DNA of 45,523 nt, filler included, from Jimgerdemannia flammicorona (Eukaryota): assembly GCA_003990765.1 (NCBI GenBank). It is 2 parts of 2 records of this genome, joined end to end, with 100 filler letters (N's around TTAATTAATTAA, not from the genome) between each part and the next. Parts side by side here need not be neighbours in the genome. Positions count along the whole stretch, not along the records: positions 22,814 to 45,523 come from RBNJ01001221.1; 1 more part is not named here. One strand, 5' to 3'. The position numbers and the translations under genes were made by a program. The notes under the pieces are model-generated. The model did no database searches. It was not told the DNA's origin and saw nothing but the letters and a program-made list of their open reading frames with translations. This document shows, piece by piece, positions 35,882-45,523 of the stretch; position 1 is the stretch's first letter, and every line of letters begins with the position of its first letter.

Positions 35882-37919
35882 TGTAAGTGCACAACCTCCA
35901 AGCTACTGAAATCACATATCACCCACTGAACAAGCCACTGAAATCACACACAACCTCCAAACAAATCTGGAAATCACCTGTATGATCACAAAGCTGAGTC
36001 AATACAAAGTCATGGAGCACAAGATTTATATAAACAGAATCTTACCAATTAGGACCAAATATATATATACTGAGCACTAAGACATGTCAAAACAGAGAAC
36101 CAAAACAAACAACAACTACAACTTCTGAACATATACAAATATGACCACCAAGATCTATAACTACATCCGTGCTGACATTTGGAATGCTATTGTTAACCAA
36201 GCCACACCCTCTCTGCCCCTCATGAATATCCATAGTCTAGCACCCCTCTACTTCATAGAAGCCTAATGGAATGCTCTGAATATGCTTAATGAAGTCCACT
36301 GGATCAGACAAATCTCAAGCTACTACTAGATTGGCTGCCTCCTAGAAGATATGGTCAAACACCACCATGATATGGACATTACTCAGATATCTCAACACCA
36401 GAAGCTCATCACCTACAAACATCAAGAACTCTTCTATGAGTACAGCATCTTTATTCTCCATCTCCAAGTTACTACCAGTGAAATGGTCACTATTCTGTTC
36501 TATGGCCAAATTGATGACATGATCCAAGAACTCAACCACAAGTACCTCAAATACATTCAGACTACAGACAGAACCTTTCTGCACCCCAATGACCATATCC
36601 TGCAAATGCCTCAAGTCAGATATACTATGAAAGATGTCTATGATATAATCTACTTCAATGAAGATGAAGTAGAAGACAATGATCCCTCTGACACCAATAT
36701 GACCTCAAGCCAAGGATCTCTGCCAACTCTGATCATACCACCAACCTTGCTAATAAACTTACAACAGTTCATAACCACATACAAGACTTATTGGGACAAT
36801 GACCACTGGTATGAATACCAACTTACATTCACCACCAATTACTTCAACTATAATGAAGAGACCAGAGAACACAATCTGTATCTTCAGACAACCCTCGAGA
36901 TCGAACCAATCACTCCACCACCCAAGTATGAGTGACATGAACTACAGCCACTAGCTTACTACAACCCCATGACTCATAGCACTGTAACTTATAGAAGGTA
37001 TGCAGACAGTAAATCTGATGAAAGCAAAGATGATGTATCCCTCCTTCACCCACCAACTCTATATCCAGCATATGAGACAGATGATGCTATCTTGTAAGAT
37101 GGTGACCAAGTCCCAATATATTACTATCTCAGCGAATAAGGAGAATTAATCCACGAACAACTTTTCCTAGATAACTACTTTATTAGAAATGATATCATCA
37201 ATGGTGATGTCATCGAAGACTACTCAGACAGTATCTAAATCTATAGATAGCCTAGCAGTCATAGTATAGTTAGATTAACCTTGTATGATATGACTGTGAA
37301 CTGACTCAGCAGTCAGATGATCTCTCAACATATCAGATCACACTTGTACTATTATATTTCGACTCAGCAAGGTACTTAGTGCTATATTCATATTCAGCAT
37401 AGTCCAGATAGCCCCTCACTAGTATAAATACCCCCTCTCCCAGACCTCAGAATCTCAGACTTGCATAGACTTGAATACACAAGAACATTCCTGAATACTT
37501 CCCCACAATATCCCTTCACATAACTACTCCTAGTATAGCAATATCATGAATAGTGAATAACCCTATTTAATAACCCATAAACTACTCTTAAATAAATCTG
37601 CTCCCTGTTAGATCCCACTTCTAACCCCATCACAAAATTTCCTAATTGGGTATTGTCTGCAGCGATATGCCAATTCAACTAAGCTGGTCTTAGTTTCTTG
37701 TACTTCCTGAAATATGGAAAATCCTGAACATCCAGAACTAGTCTGAAAAAGGACTTTGGTTGAGACGTCAACTCAATCTTGAAATCAATAAGCATAGAGG
37801 ATGTACTCTATATGAAATTGATCTTGACCTTAAGAAAACAGTCTTCCAGAATATCCAGAACTTCTAAGAAACCCTTCCAGAACTACATAATGGTTATCTT
37901 AATAAGTAATCCTCTTACA
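35882..37919 (+). mobile_element. solo LTR (2038 bp) of a second LTR retrotransposon family
   Basis: TGTAAG...CTTACA termini; exact 5-bp TSD GCCCT (35877-35881, 37920-37924); LINE APE sequence resumes on the far side; TATAAATA at ~37423. Confidence 0.88.
36141..37238 (+). pseudogene. unknown 365-codon ORF inside the solo LTR
   Basis: one frame from ATG 36141 to TAA 37238 (includes ORF 36351-36935); no frameshifts; five internal stops, each one C>T change from CAA/CAG/CGA. Confidence 0.7.
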
Positions 37920-40900
37920 GCCCTACAGTTAGGAGTGAGAGGATTGCATGGATTAGGGATCTGCTGAAGGGGAATATTCTCTTGAAGGAAGGAGTAGATG
38001 TTCTGGATGATGATTTTAATATAGTACAGGACCTACAGTTGGATAGAACTGATGGAGGGAGATATGCCAGCAGAAGGAGTGGTGGTCTGGATGCATGGGA
38101 GGAGGTGGAGAACCTTAGTTCCTTAGGGGATATGGGCAGAATATGGTGGGGTGACATGAGAGTCTACACACATTGGGTGAATGGATTGGGTATAAGGATT
38201 GACTAGATTCTGACAGCTGAATGTTGGGGTGTTGATGTTTAAAAGACTTTAGAGATAGTGTGGTGTCCATGGTCCAATCACTGAGGGCTATTAAGGTAGA
38301 AGCAGTTTGAGGGGAGTGGAGATAGACCCAGATATTGGTACCTTAACTCCTCCCTACTGGCTGAGAAGGTGTTGTGAGACCTGTGGGTAGAGGATATTTA
38401 AGTGAAGATTAATAACTGGATATATGAGAGTTTTTCTGTGGGTGTCCATTAGATGAGGTTGAAGGAGGTTATGAGGATTTATTGAGGAAAAGCTAGTAGG
38501 GAGGCTGAGAGGCAGTGAAGGAAGAGAGTATGGTATGCTTCCAATAGGCTGATTAGATTGTAGATAAAATGAACTGATTTGCTTTCTTTGGCAGAGATGG
38601 AGGATTGGAGGTTGGAGTGGGCAAAATTGGAGGTAGTAGAGCTGTAACTGATATTGAGAGAGGAGGAGGAGACTTGAATGAAAGGAATGGCTGCCAGACT
38701 ACAGTGGCAGGGGCTTGAGGAGAGAGAGCAGCCTACTAGGTACTTGTCTAGGCTCCTTCAAGCTAGGAGGGTGTGACATCAATGGGATGGGGTCTTGAAT
38801 ACAGAGGGAGAAATAGTATATAGCACATAATAGATCTTGAAGGTACTGAAGGAGAGATGGAGGAGTATATAGAGTGAGGAGAAATGGGGTGCAGATGAAG
38901 TGGTGATTGGCAACATACTGGAGGAGTGGGAACTGCTACAAGTAGAGAGACTGGGTGACCTGATCATACTAGTCCAGGAGAAGGAGATCCAGAAAGTCCT
39001 TGTGACAATAAAGGTTGGGACAGTGCCAGGAGAGGATGGGTTATCTTGAGACTTCTGGAAGAAGATGGCGAAGGTCCCTGGAGTATTAAGAGAGATGGCT
39101 GCTCTCTGTGACTATGTTCTTCTGAATGACAAGTGGGTTGGAGAGCAGAACTTAGGGCTGGTGGCCTTATTATACAAAGATAAGGAGAGAAGGGAGGACT
39201 GGAAGAACTGGAGACTAATCATGCTTCTGGATATGGACAGAAAGATGGTGACTAAGGTGATTGTTGCAAGACTACAGAAGGTTGCCCAACAGGTGCTGGG
39301 TGAGGAGCAGTGAGGCTTTGTTGGAGGCAGACTTATCAGAGATGAGACTGCCTGGGTGCACAGCATCATTAAAGGGGTACAGACTTGTAGACTGGATGGA
39401 AGACTAGTCTTTTTGGATCAGGAGAAGGCCTATGACCATGTTCAGTAGGTATGGCTGGAAAAGGTACTGGATAGAATAGGTGTTCTCCCACAATTTCGAG
39501 CTGCTATGTTGAATCTGTTGGAGGGCAGTAGGGCTGTACTGATGTATAATAGTTACCAAGGTTTGGCATTTCTCCTGAGAAGAGGAGTTCCTCAGAGAGA
39601 CCTGCTGTCTCTTATCCTTTATACCCTTTCATTGGAACCTTTGATGGATAGGATACAATGGAAGGTAGTGGGGCTCTCTATATATAGTGTGGTGTGGAAG
39701 GTGGGGGCCTTTGCAGATAATATAGTAGTTGAACTTGGATCAGTGGCAGATGTTGAGGCACTTAAGGATACAGTAGAATAGTATGAGGCACACTCTAGAG
39801 TAAAAATCAACTGGTATAAGTGTGAGACAATGGTTTTGGGGAATGGGCTTATGAGAGGGGACATTATTGGAACAATTGTCCCTACAGACAAGGTGGTGTA
39901 ATATCTGGGTATCTTCTTTTCTGTATATGGATCTGTTTTGCTATATATATAGTGGGAAAGGAGGGTGGCCATGTGGGGGGAAGCCCTTCAAGGTTGGAGA
40001 GGTTGTCACATCTCTCTAGTGGGTCAGATATTGATTTTGAATGTCTACTGATTCCCCAAGCTATGGTATGTGGCCTATTACTTAGACTTCTTAGCTTGGG
40101 TAGTAAAGAGACTGACAAAGCTGATCAGAGATTGAATTTGAGCAGGGAGGAGGTCCCAGATCAGTTGGGATACTCTTGTGACACTAGTGACTTGAGAAGG
40201 TCTAGGCCTTGTGGACTTTCCTAAGAGGCTGTACTGCCTATGAGCTTGGTGGCTGAAAAGGGCTGCTGAACTACAAGGGGGGGGTTGGGTACTGCTGATA
40301 CAGAAGGTGTAAGAGATGAGATTCTCTCCTTGAGGGTTATTGGGAGATTTGCTATCTTTAGTGGGCCTGGATGGTAGCCACTGACTGTAGTATAAGAGCT
40401 TCTGGTGGGGGGTGGTAGATGGAGTACACTACATTGACCTGTACTGGAGGAGTAATGAGGAGGAGATGCTATAGAGACCAGCTATATAGAGATGAGACAG
40501 GCTACTTCTGGGGGATATTCTGCTTGCTGAGTTTGATATTGGAGATAGAGTAGAGTGTCAGCAGGGTCTTGGTCAGGATATTTGGCCAAGTAGTTGATAG
40601 GTAGTGAGGATTGGTGAGAAGTGGAACTAGGCAGGAGTCTGGTCATAGAGTACTGAAGTAAGGAGATAGTTGCCTCCCAAGTTCTGAGTGGTATGATGGA
40701 GGATACTGTGGAGGAATATAATGTTGAATTTCTATGCTGGTCATCTGGTAGATGGTGGCTAGTTGGACTGTGAGGAGTGTTATAATGTGGGGCAAGTTGG
40801 GAGTTTTGTACAGATATCAGAATATTGGCTAGGAGAATGTGAGGTTCTGGGGGACTTTTGGATAGTAGTGGGAGATCAGCTGGATGTGGAGAAGAGGCTG

Positions 40901-41329
40901 GATGGGGAGCATGGGCATTGGGAGGATTTGAAATCTTGGCTAGTAGAGAGTATAGAAAATGATTGGCTCACTATAGAGTGGGTGTTAGCTATTTGGGTAG
41001 AGCTGGCTGGGCACTAGCTCTTCATATTTGAGGAGGGGAAACAGTTAGGTCTGCAAGAGAAGTTGCTAAGGTGGGAGGGATTGATGGGTGATTTATTGAC
41101 AGGATGGTGGGTGGGCTGGGGTCCCCAGGGTGGGCAGTGTCACTGTCTGGTGGAAGGGGTATGTAAACAGAGTGGTGGACAGGTTGCAATAATTAATAAT
41201 CTTATAGTCTTTAATTGTGAAGAGATAGAGATAAGAGGGCCCCCTAGGGAGATTGGATAGGAGTGGGCTTATTGTATTTATATGGGATATAATGGTGTAT
41301 TAATAAAGGAAGGAGTCTAAGTGACTATA

Positions 41330-41397
<68 letters not shown>

Positions 41398-41639
41398 TAT
41401 TATTTTGAAGTGGAAATATATCCTAAAAGATTGCAGATAAACTTCTTAATATATTTGCAGATAGAAGAATTTTAATGGCAAACAGGCCCCTTCAGTTTAC
41501 AAACTCAAGAGAGATGATAAAACTTTTAGATATAGTAGCCAAAAATGAAGTAGTACATAATTAAACAGTTAATATTTCTGTTAAATTGATGAACATTTAG
41601 TAATTCTCTTATTCAAATTAGTTCTTCAATCACAAAGTT

Positions 41640-42760
41640 TTTAACATCACTTATATATCCAAACTTGAATTAGTAAATATATACTATTCTATTGAGATCT
41701 ACTTATTGTTCTATATAAGCTAATATCAAATACTTTGTTTAAGAATAATATGAAATTTAAAGTAGAAAAACACTATATGGCAGATAATATACAAAAGTAC
41801 TTTGAGTGATTTTTGATAATAAATACAAGTAAAATAATAATTAATTTTAAGTTCACAGATAATCAGTCAGTATACTTACTATTTGTAGACTATAATTCCT
41901 TTTTCAAACTATAGGAGAAACTCTCACTTAGTATAATAATAATCTCAGTATTACTTGGAATTGACCAAATATATTATGATTTACTTAGATATATCAAAAT
42001 ATATCTACTATATATTTCTATTGATAATCTTCCTAAATATATTCAGTAAACATACTTACAAAATGTATTCTCAGTAATTATATATTTTCTGATTATTGAA
42101 GAAACTTTTAAGAAGATCAAAAAAGACTTTTCTGTAAAGTAAAAGTAGTTCTATATTATAGATGTATATTATGGGTACTTTGCAGACTATTTGTAGTAGA
42201 AAAAGGTAATAATTATAATTATAAAATTGTTTAGATAAAAATTTTATTATTTAATAGCTGATTATGAACATATTTTATAGTGATATTATTATGTATAAAT
42301 TAGATGGCAAACTTTATAATTGCTATCCAGTAGTTATATTCTTCATAATTGATTATCCAGAGATATGTTTAATCTGCCTAATCTGTATGAATCAAGCTTA
42401 TCCAAAATATATAGCCCTTTACTTGCAATTTTTATGTCTTGATAAGATATATCCTTTACAAACAATTTTTGGGATGCAGAGAGCAGTTGTAAATACATAA
42501 ATTTACAATTTGAAAGGCAAATATAAAATAGCTAAGAGGAGTCTTCAAGAGTATAGATTTTAGAAACTAACTGTACATATTAATTGTACTTATTTTCAAA
42601 TAAATATTTTTTACTAACAATTATATCATCTGTTAACCAAACTCCAGAATATACTATAGGAACTACTTCTTATAAATATTTATTCAATAATTATATCTGA
42701 TATACTTCATCAAGTAAAAAAAGATATCTGGGAACATCTGGTTAATTTAACTCTTAATCT
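41640..42760 (+). pseudogene. Plavaka (CACTA/EnSpm-like) transposase relic
   Basis: YLLYISIDNLPKYI (YPVYLTIGNIPK-like), DGKLYNCYPVV..FIIDYPEICL....QAYPKY (ADYPEQCL..CPKC-like), SDILHQVKKDIWEHLV (DxLHQxxKG-like); very AT-eroded. Confidence 0.7.
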
Positions 42761-43336
42761 TATTAAGAGTTTATTTGATGCACATATGGCAAACCTACTT
42801 ATACTGAAGCTATATCTCTAAAACTCATCAAGGATATTAGACTGAAAAAGATCTAATAGATCAGATATATATATTAATATTTATTTATATATTTATTTTT
42901 AGATTAAAATAAAGCAATTCTAATTTTTGAAGCTATTCATCCTAACTATATAATAGTATTTATATTTGATATAGTTATAGACATTTAATATATATATACT
43001 TTAGATACTCTAGTTACTTATAAAATGAATTTTAAACTAGATGGAAAATAACTATTAATAAAAGTTATAAAGTTTAATAATATTAATTAAGAAATGATAT
43101 TTTTATCAAAATATCATAATATCAAACTTTATAGCAAAGCAAAAGACTTAAAGAAAGTACTTGAAGAAAGAGAACTTTAGTTAAAAGAAGGATTTAAAAA
43201 ATATATATATAAAAAAAGATGCAAAAAGAATAATTACTATACATTCAAATTTTCAGGAGACACGCGCCTTTTTCACCAGTAACATTCGGGTGACACAAGA
43301 CTCAGACAATACTTTTCACAATGTTTTTGGTATCCG

Positions 43337-45271
43337 ATGACTAGCAACATGGACAGCAACGATCAAACTGGTGGGTGTACTGGCCAGGGGGGTGACAGTG
43401 CCTTTGGCTGGCAGCAGGTGGAGAGGAGGGGCGATGGTTTGGGGATGCCAAGGGCCTCGATGATAGGTGGAGGCACTGGCAGTGGTGGAAGGGGTGGTCT
43501 GAGGCAGAGAGGAGGAGAGAGGTCAACCTTTGCGGACAAGGTCAGAATGGGGCAGATAGCTTCTGGGTTGGATGGTTGGCTGGGCTTGGGGAAGGCGTCG
43601 ACGGCAGCTGCTGGGGGACAGGGAGGTATGCCCAGGGGAGCCTCTGGTGGTAAGGTTGGAGCCAGAGTAGGGGCTGGAGATGGTGCTGTAACTGCTGATG
43701 GGGTTGTGACTGGGGATCTGGCAAAAAATCCAGATGTAACGGTGGTTGGCAATTCAGGGCTGGGAGCGGGCACGAGACCCGGGGACCTGGCAGATGGCGT
43801 GACGGGCATGGTATCGGCCCCGTTACTCAAGAAGTTGAGGTCAGAATTTGTAGTCATGATGTGCTTCAGGGGCTTGGCAGTGACAGTGAGGATGATTTTG
43901 GGGCTGGTGGCACAGGAGGCCAAGGGAGCGGCGTCGGTGAAGTTCTTGAGGAGAAAGAAAGGAGTTGAGGTGGGGTTTGAGGAGGAGGACGCCTTGCTGG
44001 CAGCCATGGAGAAGGGGGTGAGGGTTGGCGGAGTTGTGGTCCCTATGGCCCGGTGCATGTATTGGGACCCCCGAGTGGTGCAGTTGACAGTGTTGGACCT
44101 CCCAACTGTGTCGAAGGAAAGGACCAGGGAGTTGGTTGTAGAGGCAGTCAAGGAGTATGGTGAGATAGTGGATGTTGGGTTCAAGGTCTGGGAGGGCACG
44201 GAGCTCAGAACTGGTGATGTCGATGTCAGGGTGAGGCTGGCTGGGAAGGAAAATACGGGAAAGTTGAGGGACTGGCCGGCAATGCTGAGGTGGGGACTGG
44301 TGGAGTGTAAGGTCACCAGGGTGAAGGGGACGCTGGAGGAGAAGGAGGACCTGTTAGAGGTGCTGGAGGACCTGGAAGGGGCAGTGGCGAGGAGGAGATT
44401 GGCCTGGAAGGAGTTTGAGGCCAAGACGGTGGTGGGGGAGGTGGATGGGAAGTGGATTCAGATGGAGAAGGGGGCCTGGGAAAAAATGCAGGAGAGGAGG
44501 ATCCAGAAGGAGCTGTTGGCAAAGTTGGACAGGAGTGGGGCTGGTGGAAGCGCAGGGGAAGGAGTGGTTGGGTCACGGGAGAGCGCCTGGGCTGAGGGGG
44601 GTGCGATGGCCCAGGGTGGTGGTCAGATCGGAAGTGGGGAGGAGAGGGGGGGCGATTTGGAGGAGGACACCGCAATGGGTGAGGGGGTGCACCCTCAGTA
44701 TAGTGTTCTGGAAGGGGCAGAGGGAGAGGAGGAGCTGATGGATGTGCCGGATGAGGAGTGGGATGAGTCAGTGAGAAGGAGCATGCTGATGGACCCCGAA
44801 GTGGATGGAGGGCAAATTGCTCAGGGAGCGGCAGAGGCAGTGGATGAGGAAAAGTGGATGTGGAAGACCTTGGAAGGGGTGGCAGCTGAAGAGCTGGGGG
44901 GTGAGGACTTCAGAGTGCTAGAGGAGAAGCATTGGGAGGAGATCCTATGGGGGGAGGAGGTGCCAAGGAAGATGAGGAATGAGATTCTGGCGGTCCTCCT
45001 GGAGTCGGTTGAGTATCAGGTTGATGATCAGTGGGAGGAGGAACTTAGGAGGATTGCGAGTGACAGAGCTACTTTCTTGTGGAATTCGAGGAAGGGACTG
45101 AAGAAGTGGCGCGCTGTCTGCTTGGACTATAGGGCTGATATGGAGGAAGTGGACAGAGTGGAATGTCAGGAAATCTTGGGAGCACTGGATGCTCAGGATA
45201 ATGTGGAAGGTAAATTAGAAGCTGAGCGATGCTTGGATCTGGCCGGAGATGGGATGAGCATGGAATTATAG
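43337..45271 (+). CDS. LINE ORF1 protein (Gly-rich N-terminus, RRM-like core, acidic C-terminus); true start probably ATG 43349
   Basis: 644-aa open frame directly upstream of the APE ORF; VQLTVLDLP...EYGEIVDV...RTGDVDVRVRL resembles the L1/Tx1 ORF1 RRM region. Confidence 0.85.
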   Translation: MTSNMDSNDQTGGCTGQGGDSAFGWQQVERRGDGLGMPRASMIGGGTGSGGRGGLRQRGGERSTFADKVRMGQIASGLDGWLGLGKASTAAAGGQGGMPRGASGGKVGARVGAGDGAVTADGVVTGDLAKNPDVTVVGNSGLGAGTRPGDLADGVTGMVSAPLLKKLRSEFVVMMCFRGLAVTVRMILGLVAQEAKGAASVKFLRRKKGVEVGFEEEDALLAAMEKGVRVGGVVVPMARCMYWDPRVVQLTVLDLPTVSKERTRELVVEAVKEYGEIVDVGFKVWEGTELRTGDVDVRVRLAGKENTGKLRDWPAMLRWGLVECKVTRVKGTLEEKEDLLEVLEDLEGAVARRRLAWKEFEAKTVVGEVDGKWIQMEKGAWEKMQERRIQKELLAKLDRSGAGGSAGEGVVGSRESAWAEGGAMAQGGGQIGSGEERGGDLEEDTAMGEGVHPQYSVLEGAEGEEELMDVPDEEWDESVRRSMLMDPEVDGGQIAQGAAEAVDEEKWMWKTLEGVAAEELGGEDFRVLEEKHWEEILWGEEVPRKMRNEILAVLLESVEYQVDDQWEEELRRIASDRATFLWNSRKGLKKWRAVCLDYRADMEEVDRVECQEILGALDAQDNVEGKLEAERCLDLAGDGMSMEL

Positions 45272-45302
45272 GTTGGGGTCTCTATTACAACATTTCTTCA
45301 AT

Positions 45303-45523
45303 ATGAACAGTACAACTAGGATTTTTTCATTAAATGTTAATGGGCTCTGGGGGGCGGCTAGGAGGAAGTATTTATTTGGTTGGCTTAAGGGACTGGATGC
45401 AGACCTATTCTTATTACAGGATGTTCGTTATGAGGCAGATGTGGACTTTCAGGATTGAACTAAGGAATGGGGGGGCACAGCAGTTTGGAGGGGGAAAGTG
45501 TGTATTCTCATTCGGAAAGGGAT
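45303..45523 (+). pseudogene. LINE copy 4 ORF2 start (APE endonuclease) with premature stop
   Basis: MNSTTRIFSLNVNGL...LFLLQDV; TGA at 45456-45458 where copy 1 has TGG. Confidence 0.85.

Larger units (their letters stand above)
35558..41260 (+). pseudogene. LINE copy 3 ORF2 (APE-RT), split by a solo LTR, heavily mutated
   Basis: MNSTTNIFSLNVNGL, SCYCP split by the insertion, DFN, WRLIMLLDMDRK, FLDQEKAYD, GVPQ, FADN, ...PPREIG*. Confidence 0.88.
27437..41389 (+). mobile_element. full-length older LINE, copy 3, subfamily B, with two nested insertions
   Basis: 15-bp TSD TA(T/C)AAATCTATTATT at 27422-27436 and 41390-41404; ORF1 pieces ~27523-28418 and 34921-35525; ORF2 pieces 35558-35881 and 37925-41260; poly(A) to 41389. 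Confidence 0.88.
43268..45523 (+). mobile_element. young LINE, copy 4, subfamily A, 5' part (continues past the window)
   Basis: 5' UTR nearly identical to 17051 onwards; intact ORF1; start of ORF2. Confidence 0.93.

Noticed and set aside
43337..43339. ATG 43337 as ORF1 start
   Set aside because: copy 1 has ACA here, suggesting ancestral ACG with CpG decay; ATG 43349 is more likely
43363..44424. 353-aa antisense ORF, and similar ones at 17399-17974, 27876-28160 and elsewhere in the LINEs
   Set aside because: Ser/Pro/Thr-rich shadow of the G-rich sense strand; not maintained as one ORF across copies

Overview
Eukaryotic, almost certainly fungal, transposon graveyard. The BACK-TLDc gene type, Plavaka relic, Ngaro element and L1-clade LINEs point, by inference, to an early-diverging lineage such as Mucoromycota. 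In order: (1) a decayed Tc1 (DD34E) element, 835-2450; (2) a full-length decayed Ngaro-type tyrosine-recombinase retrotransposon with split direct repeats, 2513-7781; (3) a BACK+TLDc host pseudogene; (4) a Ty3/Gypsy element with a probable ~2.2-kb 5' LTR, a tRNA-Pro PBS and a single gag-pol frame carrying an extra Cys-rich/F-box-like/dUTPase cassette, cut off in RT by a G-rich L1/Tx1-like LINE; (5) an artificial 100-nt scaffold linker; (6) a 5'-truncated LINE on the minus strand; (7) a full-length older LINE, 27437-41389 (15-bp TSD), containing a 6.5-kb hAT-bounded unit and a 2-kb solo LTR (5-bp TSD); (8) a Plavaka transposase relic; (9) the 5' part of a young LINE with intact ORF1. The most novel-looking signals are two different ~2-kb LTRs that each carry their own ~310-365-codon ORF between two promoter-like motifs, and an F-box-like plus Zn-finger-like insert next to dUTPase in the Gypsy polyprotein. 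All calls come from manual reading and translation; no database searches were run.
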